This document shows positions 20,770-28,843 of a DNA stretch of 64,000 nucleotides, in pieces. Made by a program: the position numbers and the translations under genes. This DNA comes from Candidatus Poriferisodalis sp. (lineage in GTDB: Bacteria; Actinomycetota; Acidimicrobiia; Acidimicrobiales; Poriferisodalaceae): positions 365,873-429,872 of the forward strand of contig NZ_CBDCBD010000002.1 in the NCBI RefSeq assembly GCF_965214215.1. The letters are read 5' to 3'. The notes under the pieces are model-generated. The model was not told the origin of the DNA. It saw only the letters and a list, made by a program, of their open reading frames with translations, and searched no databases. Position 1 is the stretch's first letter, and every line of letters begins with the position of its first letter.

Positions 20770-21841
20770 GGTAATCCTTCAGTTCGGTGAGCACGCCGAT
20801 GGGCCCAGGGTCGCGCTGGGCTGCTGCGGCAATGCGAAGGCTAAGGACGTCAACCTGGAAAATAAGGTCGAACAGCTGCGCCATCTCGCCGTCGCCGTTC
20901 GCGTACAACTCGCAGTACGGCACCGCTGTGCGGGCGCCTTCCAGGACGCGTCGGGCAAAGTCGTAACGTCGCCGGGTCTGGGGGTGCTCGAAGCCGTGCC
21001 GCAGCGCGATCACCGCCAGCGGCGAGCCGTCTTCCGGCGGGCCTGCCAGATCCCATCCTGCGAGCTCGTTGTGGCAGAGCTCGGGCATCGCGCTGGCGTA
21101 GGAAGGGATCTTGACGTTCTCGTTGATCTGGGCCTTGGCTCGACCCGCAGCAACGGCCCCCAGCGCCCCTCCGCCGTAGAAAACCGGCAGCATCTCGCCC
21201 TCGCCGATCGCTCGCACGATGCCTTGGGGAGGGCCAGCATCGCTTCCGGCGCTGTCCCGGCGCACCTGCAGCTGACTCGCCGTGGCGCGCACCCAATCGG
21301 CGACGCCCGTCAGCAGACCAGCGCGCTCGAGCGCCACAAGCGGCGCAACCGAGATGGCGCCCACCGCGGCCCGGGGCATCGGAATGCTGGCGTCCACCTC
21401 GTACAGCGGAGCCCCCCATTGCGCGGCCAGTTCAGACAGCCGACCGCCGGCAGTGACGGCGATCATCGAGGCACCGGCGTTGTGAGCAGTCGTGGCCGCC
21501 TCAAGCGTCTCTTCGGTGTTGCCGCTGAACGAGACCGCGATGGCAAGCGTCTGCGGGCCGACGAACGCAGGGCACTCGTAACCCTTGGCGACAGCTACCG
21601 GGACGCGCATCTGGGGCGCCGCCAGCGCCGAGATGATGTCTCCGGCCACGCCCGATCCGCCCATGCCCATGACGATCACGTTCGAAATCGACGCATCGTC
21701 GCTCGGGCCGCTGCGAGCTAGACCGCTCACGCCTTGCGCCGCGGCCAAGGCGTCTTGCATCTGAGCCGGCAGTCCGGCCACCGCAGCCGCCATCCCCATC
21801 GTGTCGATGCCAGATACCGCTGAACCCGTCGTCGGAGTCAT
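20756..21841 (-). CDS. Bifunctional phosphoglucose/phosphomannose isomerase (SIS domain)
   Basis: Internal ATG 21841 of ORF 20756-21934. [14 protein letters not shown] and [14 protein letters not shown] motifs, plus a C-terminal PGI/PMI domain. Its stop overlaps the ahcY start by 14 nt. Confidence 0.8.
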   Translation of the reverse strand: MTPTTGSAVSGIDTMGMAAAVAGLPAQMQDALAAAQGVSGLARSGPSDDASISNVIVMGMGGSGVAGDIISALAAPQMRVPVAVAKGYECPAFVGPQTLAIAVSFSGNTEETLEAATTAHNAGASMIAVTAGGRLSELAAQWGAPLYEVDASIPMPRAAVGAISVAPLVALERAGLLTGVADWVRATASQLQVRRDSAGSDAGPPQGIVRAIGEGEMLPVFYGGGALGAVAAGRAKAQINENVKIPSYASAMPELCHNELAGWDLAGPPEDGSPLAVIALRHGFEHPQTRRRYDFARRVLEGARTAVPYCELYANGDGEMAQLFDLIFQVDVLSLRIAAAAQRDPGPIGVLTELKDYLARH

Positions 21842-21887
21842 CACAGGCACCTTCCGGTGCCGGCAGTCGGCCACTGCGAGGTGTCGG

Positions 21888-22124
21888 TCATTGGTCGAAC
21901 GTCGGACTGAGCTCATCGCTGGCGATGCGCGCATCCAGCGCTGCGGCAGCGGCAGGATCGACGGCGGAAGCCTCGTCGATCAGCAACACCGGAATCCCGT
22001 CGTTGATGGCGTAAGCACGCGCGAGGCGAGGGTTGTAGAGCAGATCTTGGTCCGCCACGAAATAGAGCGGTCCCTTGTCCTGCGGGCAGGCCAGGAATTG
22101 CGCCAGCGCGGGGTCAAGTCCCAT
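21888..22124 (-). CDS. Trm112-family small protein
   Basis: Internal ATG 22124: MGLDPALAQFLACPQDKGPLYFV...AYAINDGIPVLLIDEA is the typical Trm112/UPF0434 pattern. Confidence 0.7.
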   Translation of the reverse strand: MGLDPALAQFLACPQDKGPLYFVADQDLLYNPRLARAYAINDGIPVLLIDEASAVDPAAAAALDARIASDELSPTFDQ

Positions 22125-22186
22125 GCGGGTCCGCGAGGTGCTCGGAGCGCCAGCCGCGTGGCGTCGGTTGCGAATCCATGCGGCGA

Positions 22187-23545
22187 TCATGCCAGCAGTG
22201 GCCTGATCTCACTCACCCGCTCGTTCACCGCCGCAGTGTCGGGCGCCTCGAGATTCAACCGCAACAGCGGCTCTGTGTTGGAAGGCCGCAGGTTGAACCA
22301 CCAGTCGCCGCCGTCAACCGTCAGACCGTCGAGACGATCCTGCGCGAGACCGGAGAAGTGCTCCGATACCCGACCCACCACCTCGTCGATATCGGCGACA
22401 GGGGTGTTGATCTCGCCCGAGGATGCGTACCGGTCGAGAGGGGCCAGCAGTTCCGACAGCGGCACCGAGACCGTGCTCAACTGCTCGAGCGCAATCAGCG
22501 CAGCGATCAGGCCGGAGTCGGCGCCGAAGTTGTCGGCGAAGTAGTAGTGGCCGCTGTGCTCGCCCCCGAAAGCCGCCCCCGTGCGAGCCATCTCGGACTT
22601 GATGTAGCTGTGCCCGACGCGAGTGCGCAACGGCTGACCGCCCGCCTCGGTGATCGCCTCAGGCACGGCGCGAGAGCAGATCAGGTTGTGAAGGATCGGC
22701 CCCGGCCCGCTGCGACGCAGCATCGCCTGGGCCACCAGCGCCGTGAGGAGCGATCCGCTGACAGCACGGCCGCGTTCGTCCACGAGAAAGACCCTGTCGG
22801 CATCGCCGTCGAACGCAAGCCCGACGTCGGCGCCGGTGCTCAGCACGCGCTCGCTGAGATCGGAAAGATTCTCAGGCTGGATCGGATCGGCGGGATGATT
22901 GGGAAACGTGCCGTCGAGTTCGCCGTACATCAGTTCCCAATCCAACGGCAGCGGCTCGAACACCGCCGGCAGCACATAGCCCCCCATGCCATTGGCCGTA
23001 TCGGCCACCACCCGCAAGGGCGCAAGCGATGCGACGTCGACGAACGAACGGACGTGTGCTGCAAAAGTGTCGAGCAGGTCACCCCTGCCGCGTCGGCCCC
23101 CGCCGACGGGCGAACGGGCACCCCGCGTCGAGCGCACCGCTATCTCGGCGAGCCCGCTGTCGGCACCCACTGGCGCGGCTCGGGGTCCGCACAGCTTGAT
23201 GCCGTTGTAGGCCGCCGGATTGTGCGAAGCGGTGAGCATCGCACCGGGCATGTCCAGGTGGCCGGACGCGAAGTAGAGCAGGTCTGTCGAGGCCAGTCCG
23301 ATGTCGATGACATCGACCCCGGCCGCCAAGACTCCCTCAGCGAACGCGTCGGCCAGGAAAACGCCGCTTGGGCGCATGTCTCGCCCCATCACGATCTGCT
23401 TGGCTGCGGACCATTCAGCGAAGGCGTGTCCGATGCCACGCGCAGCCGACGGACTCAGCTCGTCGGGACAAATGCCACGTATGTCATATGCCTTGAAGAT
23501 CCCACGCAATACGTCCTCGGGCACAGGATCGATACTGTCCGCCAT
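22187..23545 (-). CDS. manB: Phosphomannomutase/phosphoglucomutase
   Basis: Internal ATG 23545 (MADSIDPVPEDVLRGIFKAYDIRG). Active-site TASHNPAAYNG, metal loop FDGDADR, sugar loop GGEHSGH. Confidence 0.9.
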   Translation of the reverse strand: MADSIDPVPEDVLRGIFKAYDIRGICPDELSPSAARGIGHAFAEWSAAKQIVMGRDMRPSGVFLADAFAEGVLAAGVDVIDIGLASTDLLYFASGHLDMPGAMLTASHNPAAYNGIKLCGPRAAPVGADSGLAEIAVRSTRGARSPVGGGRRGRGDLLDTFAAHVRSFVDVASLAPLRVVADTANGMGGYVLPAVFEPLPLDWELMYGELDGTFPNHPADPIQPENLSDLSERVLSTGADVGLAFDGDADRVFLVDERGRAVSGSLLTALVAQAMLRRSGPGPILHNLICSRAVPEAITEAGGQPLRTRVGHSYIKSEMARTGAAFGGEHSGHYYFADNFGADSGLIAALIALEQLSTVSVPLSELLAPLDRYASSGEINTPVADIDEVVGRVSEHFSGLAQDRLDGLTVDGGDWWFNLRPSNTEPLLRLNLEAPDTAAVNERVSEIRPLLA

Positions 23546-23681
23546 AGTGCTGCGGAAGCCTAAGCCGTGCGTCTCGCAACGCTGTCTGCGGCCGTCGCGA
23601 GACCCGTGCTTTCGCCAGATTCTGCGGCTATCGAAGCTCACGTTTCGCGCGCAACTTGGCGGCGCGAAGAGGGTAGTTCCG

Positions 23682-23704
23682 CGCAGCAGTGCGCGGCTGC
23701 TGCG
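23682..23704 (+). promoter_or_regulatory. Stable hairpin in the long upstream region of the KamA-like gene
   Basis: CGCAGCAG-tgcgcgg-CTGCTGCG: 8-bp GC-rich stem, ~90 nt upstream of ATG 23794, inside a 248-nt divergent intergenic region. Confidence 0.3.
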
Positions 23705-23793
23705 GGCAACGCCCTTGCAATTTGCACCTACGTTTCCCTAGGGTGGCTTCAGAGAGTGGGATGCGAACCTGCCTGAAGCGAGCGAGCGAGGCG

Positions 23794-25368
23794 ATGATCA
23801 AGAGGAAATATCAGCCAACAGAACGAGAACAATTGGTACTTGACGAGGTCGAGAACCCCAGGTACGACCGTCAGATAGTTAATGGTCTCGAACCCTTCAT
23901 GAGTGGCTCCGCGCCTGAGGAATTCCGCAATTTCTATAGCAAGGAAGAGCTCAACAACTTAGGCAAATTACGCGGCACTGAACGCGATGTTGAAGCAAGG
24001 ATGCCCGTCAAGCTGACCCGCCACTACTTTGAAATGGCTACGTCAAGCTCAGCAATACAAAAGCTGGTAAAGGCTTCACCAGACGAAACGACAGATCTCG
24101 AAGGCGATCCGGACCCAGCGAACCAACTTGACTACAGCCCAATCGAGGGACTGCTGCACAAGTATGAAATGGCGCTGCTCTACGTTATTTCCACTTGCTC
24201 AGCTCATTGCAGATTCTGTTATCGCGAGGAACTGATCGGGCGCAAGGAGATTGAGCGCTCCGACGGCACAGTCAAGAAGAAAGGCCTCGCACAAGTTGGC
24301 GAGATCACTGAGTACATCCGGTCGCACAATGACGCCGTTGCGGCAAATGGGGGATCTCATCCCGAGACCGGCAGGCCGAAGCTGCGTGAGGTTCTCTTGT
24401 CAGGCGGCGACCCGATGGTGCTGCCGAACTCCAAGCTGGCAGCATGGTTCACGGCCTTGGCAGAGGCGGGCGCCGAAGCCATCCGCGTGGGCACCAAGGA
24501 GTTGGCCTTCTACCCGGACCGCTTCGACGAAGCCTTCTTTGCGATGATCGATCGCTTTCACGAGATCTATCCGGATGTTTCGCTGCGGTTCATGATCCAC
24601 TTCAACCATCCAGACGAATTCCTGCTGAAGGATCCCGACGGTCAGTACATTGCCGATGTCAAGGGGTTCCTTCAGTGGCGTCAGAACACCCGGCGAGCGG
24701 TCGACTCGCTGGTTGAACGCGGCTGGATCAGCGTCGAGAACCAGACTCCGATCATCGCAGGCGTCAACGACGACGCCGACGCATTGCGGATCCTCCAGCG
24801 CACGCTCAAGAGCGTCGGCGTCGAGAACCACTACTTCTTCTGCGGAAGGAACATCGTCGCCTACAAGGCGTTCAACGTGCCCATTGAGACCGCATGGCAG
24901 CTTCTCAACGACTCGCAGCGCGGGCTGTCGGGCGTGGAGTCGCACGCCCGTTTGACCATCGTGCACTACAAGGGCAAGACGGAGGTCTCGGCGGTGACCG
25001 ACGGGCCGATTGCCGGTCTGCGGGGTGCCGAGGACGGCGTGGTGATCTTCAAGGTCCTGCGCAATCCGGCCAGTGCCCCAGACCGAGGCAAAGTCACCAT
25101 CGTCGGCCGGAACCCCGAAGCACTGTGGTTCGACGAGTACGAGGACCGGGTGCTGTTAGATGAAGCCGGCCTGTTCTCTCAGCAGCGCCCCAGCGGCGTG
25201 ACGGTTCCGCGATCTCGCTCTCGGCACCGCGCAGCTCCAAAGGAACGGACACCGGGCTCATCACGGCCCGCTCCGCTCATGGCCGTGGTCGCGAGCAACG
25301 AGCGAAGGCCGCACCCAAAGAGCCTGCCCAGCAGTCCGGCGGCTGAGGTCCAAGACGCCCAGGCCTAA
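23794..25368 (+). CDS. KamA-family radical SAM aminomutase-like protein (divergent)
   Basis: Within ORF 23689-25368. Start at ATG 23794 (GAGG 4 nt upstream); ATG 23761 is the alternative. KamA-type motifs: PVKLTRHYFEM, SPIEGLLHKYEMALLYVISTCSAHCRFCYRE (CxxxCxxC), VLLSGGDPMVL, NQTPIIAGVNDD. Has a Pro/Arg/Ser-rich ~90-aa C-terminal tail. Confidence 0.8.
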   Translation: MIKRKYQPTEREQLVLDEVENPRYDRQIVNGLEPFMSGSAPEEFRNFYSKEELNNLGKLRGTERDVEARMPVKLTRHYFEMATSSSAIQKLVKASPDETTDLEGDPDPANQLDYSPIEGLLHKYEMALLYVISTCSAHCRFCYREELIGRKEIERSDGTVKKKGLAQVGEITEYIRSHNDAVAANGGSHPETGRPKLREVLLSGGDPMVLPNSKLAAWFTALAEAGAEAIRVGTKELAFYPDRFDEAFFAMIDRFHEIYPDVSLRFMIHFNHPDEFLLKDPDGQYIADVKGFLQWRQNTRRAVDSLVERGWISVENQTPIIAGVNDDADALRILQRTLKSVGVENHYFFCGRNIVAYKAFNVPIETAWQLLNDSQRGLSGVESHARLTIVHYKGKTEVSAVTDGPIAGLRGAEDGVVIFKVLRNPASAPDRGKVTIVGRNPEALWFDEYEDRVLLDEAGLFSQQRPSGVTVPRSRSRHRAAPKERTPGSSRPAPLMAVVASNERRPHPKSLPSSPAAEVQDAQA

Positions 25369-28300
25369 GAGGTCAAATCGGGAGTTGTGTCGACGGCCGG
25401 TGCTCGGGGCGTGTCGTAGGCGCCTGCTGCGGCGCGGTGACGGATACGCCAGATATCGGTCACGACCTTGAGCGACTGGGCGACCAGCCGGACAGTGGTG
25501 TCCGCTGAATGGTCGACGGCGACGGGCACCTCGACCGATGTCAGGTCGAGGTGCTCGACGAGGTACAGGACCTCCACGTCGAAGGTGAAGCCGTCGATGA
25601 CGGCACGGCTGAAGATTTCCTGGGCAGCCTCAGCGGTGAAGCCCTTGAAGCCACACTGCGTGTCGCGGTAGCGGCGGAGCAGCACGAGGCGGGTGAATGC
25701 GTTGAACATCCGGCTCGCGATCGCGCGAGCGGGCGCCGCCGGGCTGATGGTGCGCGCTTGCGCATGGCGCCGGTTCCCGAGCGCCACATCGGCCCCGCGG
25801 TCGAGTGCATCGACGAGCTCGGTGAGCTGGCCGGGCGGATAGGCCAGGTCCACGTCGGTGAACAGTCGCAAACGACCGCTCGCTGCGAGCATTCCCGTTC
25901 GCACCGCCGCGCCCTTGCCGCGATTCGCTTCCGACGACACCACGACGTCGGCCCCGGCTCGCCGAGCCGCCTCAGCTGTGCCGTCGGTCGAACCATCGTC
26001 GACGACGACAATCTCCATTCGGCCGTTCAGAGCCTCATTTCGACGTAGAGCGGCGCTGATCTCCGACACGGCGGTACCGACGAGATGCGCAGCTTGGTAG
26101 GCCGGCACAACGACCGACACCTCGGGCGGCGCGGGGCCCAACTCCGCTGCCGGTCGCTCGGGATCGAAGCCGCGCGCCGCGGGCGAGCGACCGAAACGGG
26201 CCGGCGGCCGCACGGCGACCAGCGCGAGAGCGACTGCTCCGAGCAGCGTTGCCAGCCAGGCGAGGTACTCGACCGCCGTGGCGCCATAGGTGAGCTTGAC
26301 GTGTTCGTCGGTGGGAAGCACCACCATCCAGTTGGGAGTCACCCGGTAGGGCCCGTCGGCGCCGCTCACCGACCAGTTCGGGAAGTATGAGACCTTCACC
26401 AGCACCGGCACCTCGGTCCGGTCCACCGAGAACGACAGCCAGTCCTGTCCCGACTCGAAATCGCCGATCTGCACCGGTGGCAGTGCACGCCGTGGTGCTG
26501 CGCTGAATCGAGTCAGTGAAGCGGGAGGCGCTGCGTGAGGATTCGGGGCCGACAGCAGCGACACCCGTGACCAGTGCTGCGGCCCCTCTGCCGCAATCGG
26601 CACATCCCATGCCGTGGGGTCGTTCCACCAAATCGCGGCTGGATCGGTCCATGCCCGTCCGGCCTGTGGCACATCGGGTGCGACTGCCGGCTCGAACCGC
26701 AGCGCCGACACCACATCGCTGTCTGCAACGAGGTAGATCGACCATGGCGCCGCCGAGGCAATGAGCTGCAAGTCTGCCGATTCGTCCGCCGCCGCAGTGG
26801 CCTCGGGGCTGAAGGCTGCGTAGTAACGCACGCCAGACATCTGCAGGTGAGGCACGCCCAGATCGAAATTCAAAGCGTTGTACGGGAGGCCACGCATCGG
26901 ACGTGACGGCGCTGCGGACAGCTCCGACTGCATCAGGAAATGGAACGGCACCGTGGGTGACGATTCGAAGTAGAGGCCCTCCATGGAGGCGATGCAGCCG
27001 TCCGTCCAGTTCGGCAGCAGCATCGGGGCCATCGGGGTGCCGTAGGCGCCCACGATGTCACGGTCGTATTCCCACAGCAGGCGCCCGCAGCCGTAGCCGG
27101 GCGTGGCGCCGACATCGCTCATCGCAGTGACGAACTCGTAGTACTCGGGATATGACGGGCGTCCCTCATAGCCGCGGAAGTTCCACCGCGCCCAGCCGCG
27201 GACGAAGTTGCGGTCGTCTGCGGACACCGTGAACGGGCCCCAACGAGTGTCCCCGCTTGCGTCCAGCCGGGTTCCGGGAAGGTCGCCGAATCGCAGTGCG
27301 AGCAGGCCTGCCCCAGCCCCCAGCGCGACAATCGGAGCCAGCACGCGCACCCAGCGCGCCGCGGCAGCGAGGTGGATCCCGTTGCCGTCAGACCTGTTGG
27401 AGTCTGCACGCGTCAGCCCGTCGATGATGAGCCACAGGCCCATCGCCGCCAGCACGTACACCGCCAAGTACCAGAAGGGCAGGATGCGCGCGTTCCACAG
27501 CCGGTGCTGCGGCCAGTGGATGAAACCCATGGCCATCGTGACAGCGATGGCCGACCACATCATCGCCGGGCGATACCAGCGCGCAAGGCCGACTGCGGCG
27601 CCGACACCTGCCAGCACGAGCAGCCAGGTGATGCTGTGGTGCGTCCCGTCGCCGCTGATCTCGTCGGTGAAGAACAGGTGCTCGCGCACGGACGCGAGCC
27701 GCTCCCAGCCCATGTCGTTGAGGTATGCCCGTCGGACGACGAACGGCACCGTCCAGAAGGCCGACAGCGCCCCGCCGATGCTGCCGATGACGAGCGCATG
27801 AGCAGACCGACGCCATTCCGTGGCCAGCAGCGCCGCGACCACGGCGACGGGCACAGCCAGCCGGGCCGACGGCGCCTCGGTGACATTCCAGACGGCCGCC
27901 CACAGCACGATCGCCACGACCGCCGCGCCCATCGCCGGCAGCCGGCCGATGCGGTCAGGCAGCGCGTGCAGGCCGCGCACGGCCACCATCAAGATGCTGG
28001 CCGTGACGGCGAACACCAGCGGGATGGGATGGCACAGGGCCACGAACGCCAGCAGCAGGCTCGCCCGCGCGCGCCCCGTCCCCCGCTCCAGCGAGCGCCA
28101 GAACATGCCGAGATACACGAGCGTCGCCGAGAGCGCGATCGAGAACGCGAATTCGCCTGCCAGCGTCGATGCTGCATTCCCGCCGTAGATCGTGAAATTC
28201 ACGTCCAAGACGAACAGCAGCAGCGCTGCAGGCAGCAGCGAGCGCAGCATGCGTGGCCAGCCCGCCAGCCGGCCCATCAGCCACGCCGCTGCGGGCATCG

Positions 28301-28658
28301 TGGCGACCCCGCTGATCGCCACCAGCTTGAACGCCACGTTGTAGGAGGGCAGCACCGCGTCGGCGACGACCACCAGCAGGTACGGCACCACCATGTAGAA
28401 ATGCCCCGTCGGCATGCCCGCATACCAGTCGCGCGACCAGCCGCGCAGCGAGCCCGACGGCAGTAGCTCGTCCCGCAGGAACGCCGGACCCCACACGTGA
28501 GCGCCCATGTCCCCACCAGTGGGCGTGGCTGTGGAAACCAACCCGCCGGGGTCGAGCCACACCACCACGGCCACACAGCTCGCCACGACGACCGCAGCTT
28601 CAAGCCACGCCCGCAGCACCGGCCCCGCGCGAGTGGGGCGCACGGTCACCGTCGGCAC
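25365..28658 (-). CDS. Fusion protein: N-terminal polytopic GT-C/YfhO-like membrane domain + extracytoplasmic domain + TM + C-terminal GT2 (polyprenyl-phosphate glycosyltransferase-like)
   Basis: 1097 aa. The N-terminal ~450 aa have many TM helices (GGDMGAHVWGPAFLRDELLP...). A soluble middle region is followed by a single TM (YLAWLATLLGAVALALVAV). The C-terminal domain carries VSVVVPAYQAA...IVVVDDGSTDGT...ANRGKGAAVRTG...FTDVDLAYP, typical of GT2 Dpg/GtrB-like enzymes. Confidence 0.85.
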   Translation of the reverse strand: MPTVTVRPTRAGPVLRAWLEAAVVVASCVAVVVWLDPGGLVSTATPTGGDMGAHVWGPAFLRDELLPSGSLRGWSRDWYAGMPTGHFYMVVPYLLVVVADAVLPSYNVAFKLVAISGVATMPAAAWLMGRLAGWPRMLRSLLPAALLLFVLDVNFTIYGGNAASTLAGEFAFSIALSATLVYLGMFWRSLERGTGRARASLLLAFVALCHPIPLVFAVTASILMVAVRGLHALPDRIGRLPAMGAAVVAIVLWAAVWNVTEAPSARLAVPVAVVAALLATEWRRSAHALVIGSIGGALSAFWTVPFVVRRAYLNDMGWERLASVREHLFFTDEISGDGTHHSITWLLVLAGVGAAVGLARWYRPAMMWSAIAVTMAMGFIHWPQHRLWNARILPFWYLAVYVLAAMGLWLIIDGLTRADSNRSDGNGIHLAAAARWVRVLAPIVALGAGAGLLALRFGDLPGTRLDASGDTRWGPFTVSADDRNFVRGWARWNFRGYEGRPSYPEYYEFVTAMSDVGATPGYGCGRLLWEYDRDIVGAYGTPMAPMLLPNWTDGCIASMEGLYFESSPTVPFHFLMQSELSAAPSRPMRGLPYNALNFDLGVPHLQMSGVRYYAAFSPEATAAADESADLQLIASAAPWSIYLVADSDVVSALRFEPAVAPDVPQAGRAWTDPAAIWWNDPTAWDVPIAAEGPQHWSRVSLLSAPNPHAAPPASLTRFSAAPRRALPPVQIGDFESGQDWLSFSVDRTEVPVLVKVSYFPNWSVSGADGPYRVTPNWMVVLPTDEHVKLTYGATAVEYLAWLATLLGAVALALVAVRPPARFGRSPAARGFDPERPAAELGPAPPEVSVVVPAYQAAHLVGTAVSEISAALRRNEALNGRMEIVVVDDGSTDGTAEAARRAGADVVVSSEANRGKGAAVRTGMLAASGRLRLFTDVDLAYPPGQLTELVDALDRGADVALGNRRHAQARTISPAAPARAIASRMFNAFTRLVLLRRYRDTQCGFKGFTAEAAQEIFSRAVIDGFTFDVEVLYLVEHLDLTSVEVPVAVDHSADTTVRLVAQSLKVVTDIWRIRHRAAAGAYDTPRAPAVDTTPDLTS

Positions 28659-28843
28659 GCGCGCAGGCTAACGATCACGACACGCGCCCTACCGCAGGCG
28701 GCCCATGCCCGCCGCCACGGTTCGTGAATGTCAGCCTGTCGCGGGCTCGGCTGCGGTCTGCTGTTGGCGTTCGGGGGTACCGCTGTCGTGTCGGTGACAC
28801 AGCGCGGCTACTGGTCGATGGAGCGCCGCCATAGCATGAGCAC

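Noticed and set aside
20770-20800. SAH riboswitch upstream of ahcY.
   Set aside because: The ahcY start overlaps the stop of the upstream isomerase gene by 14 nt, so there is no untranslated leader in which a riboswitch could sit.
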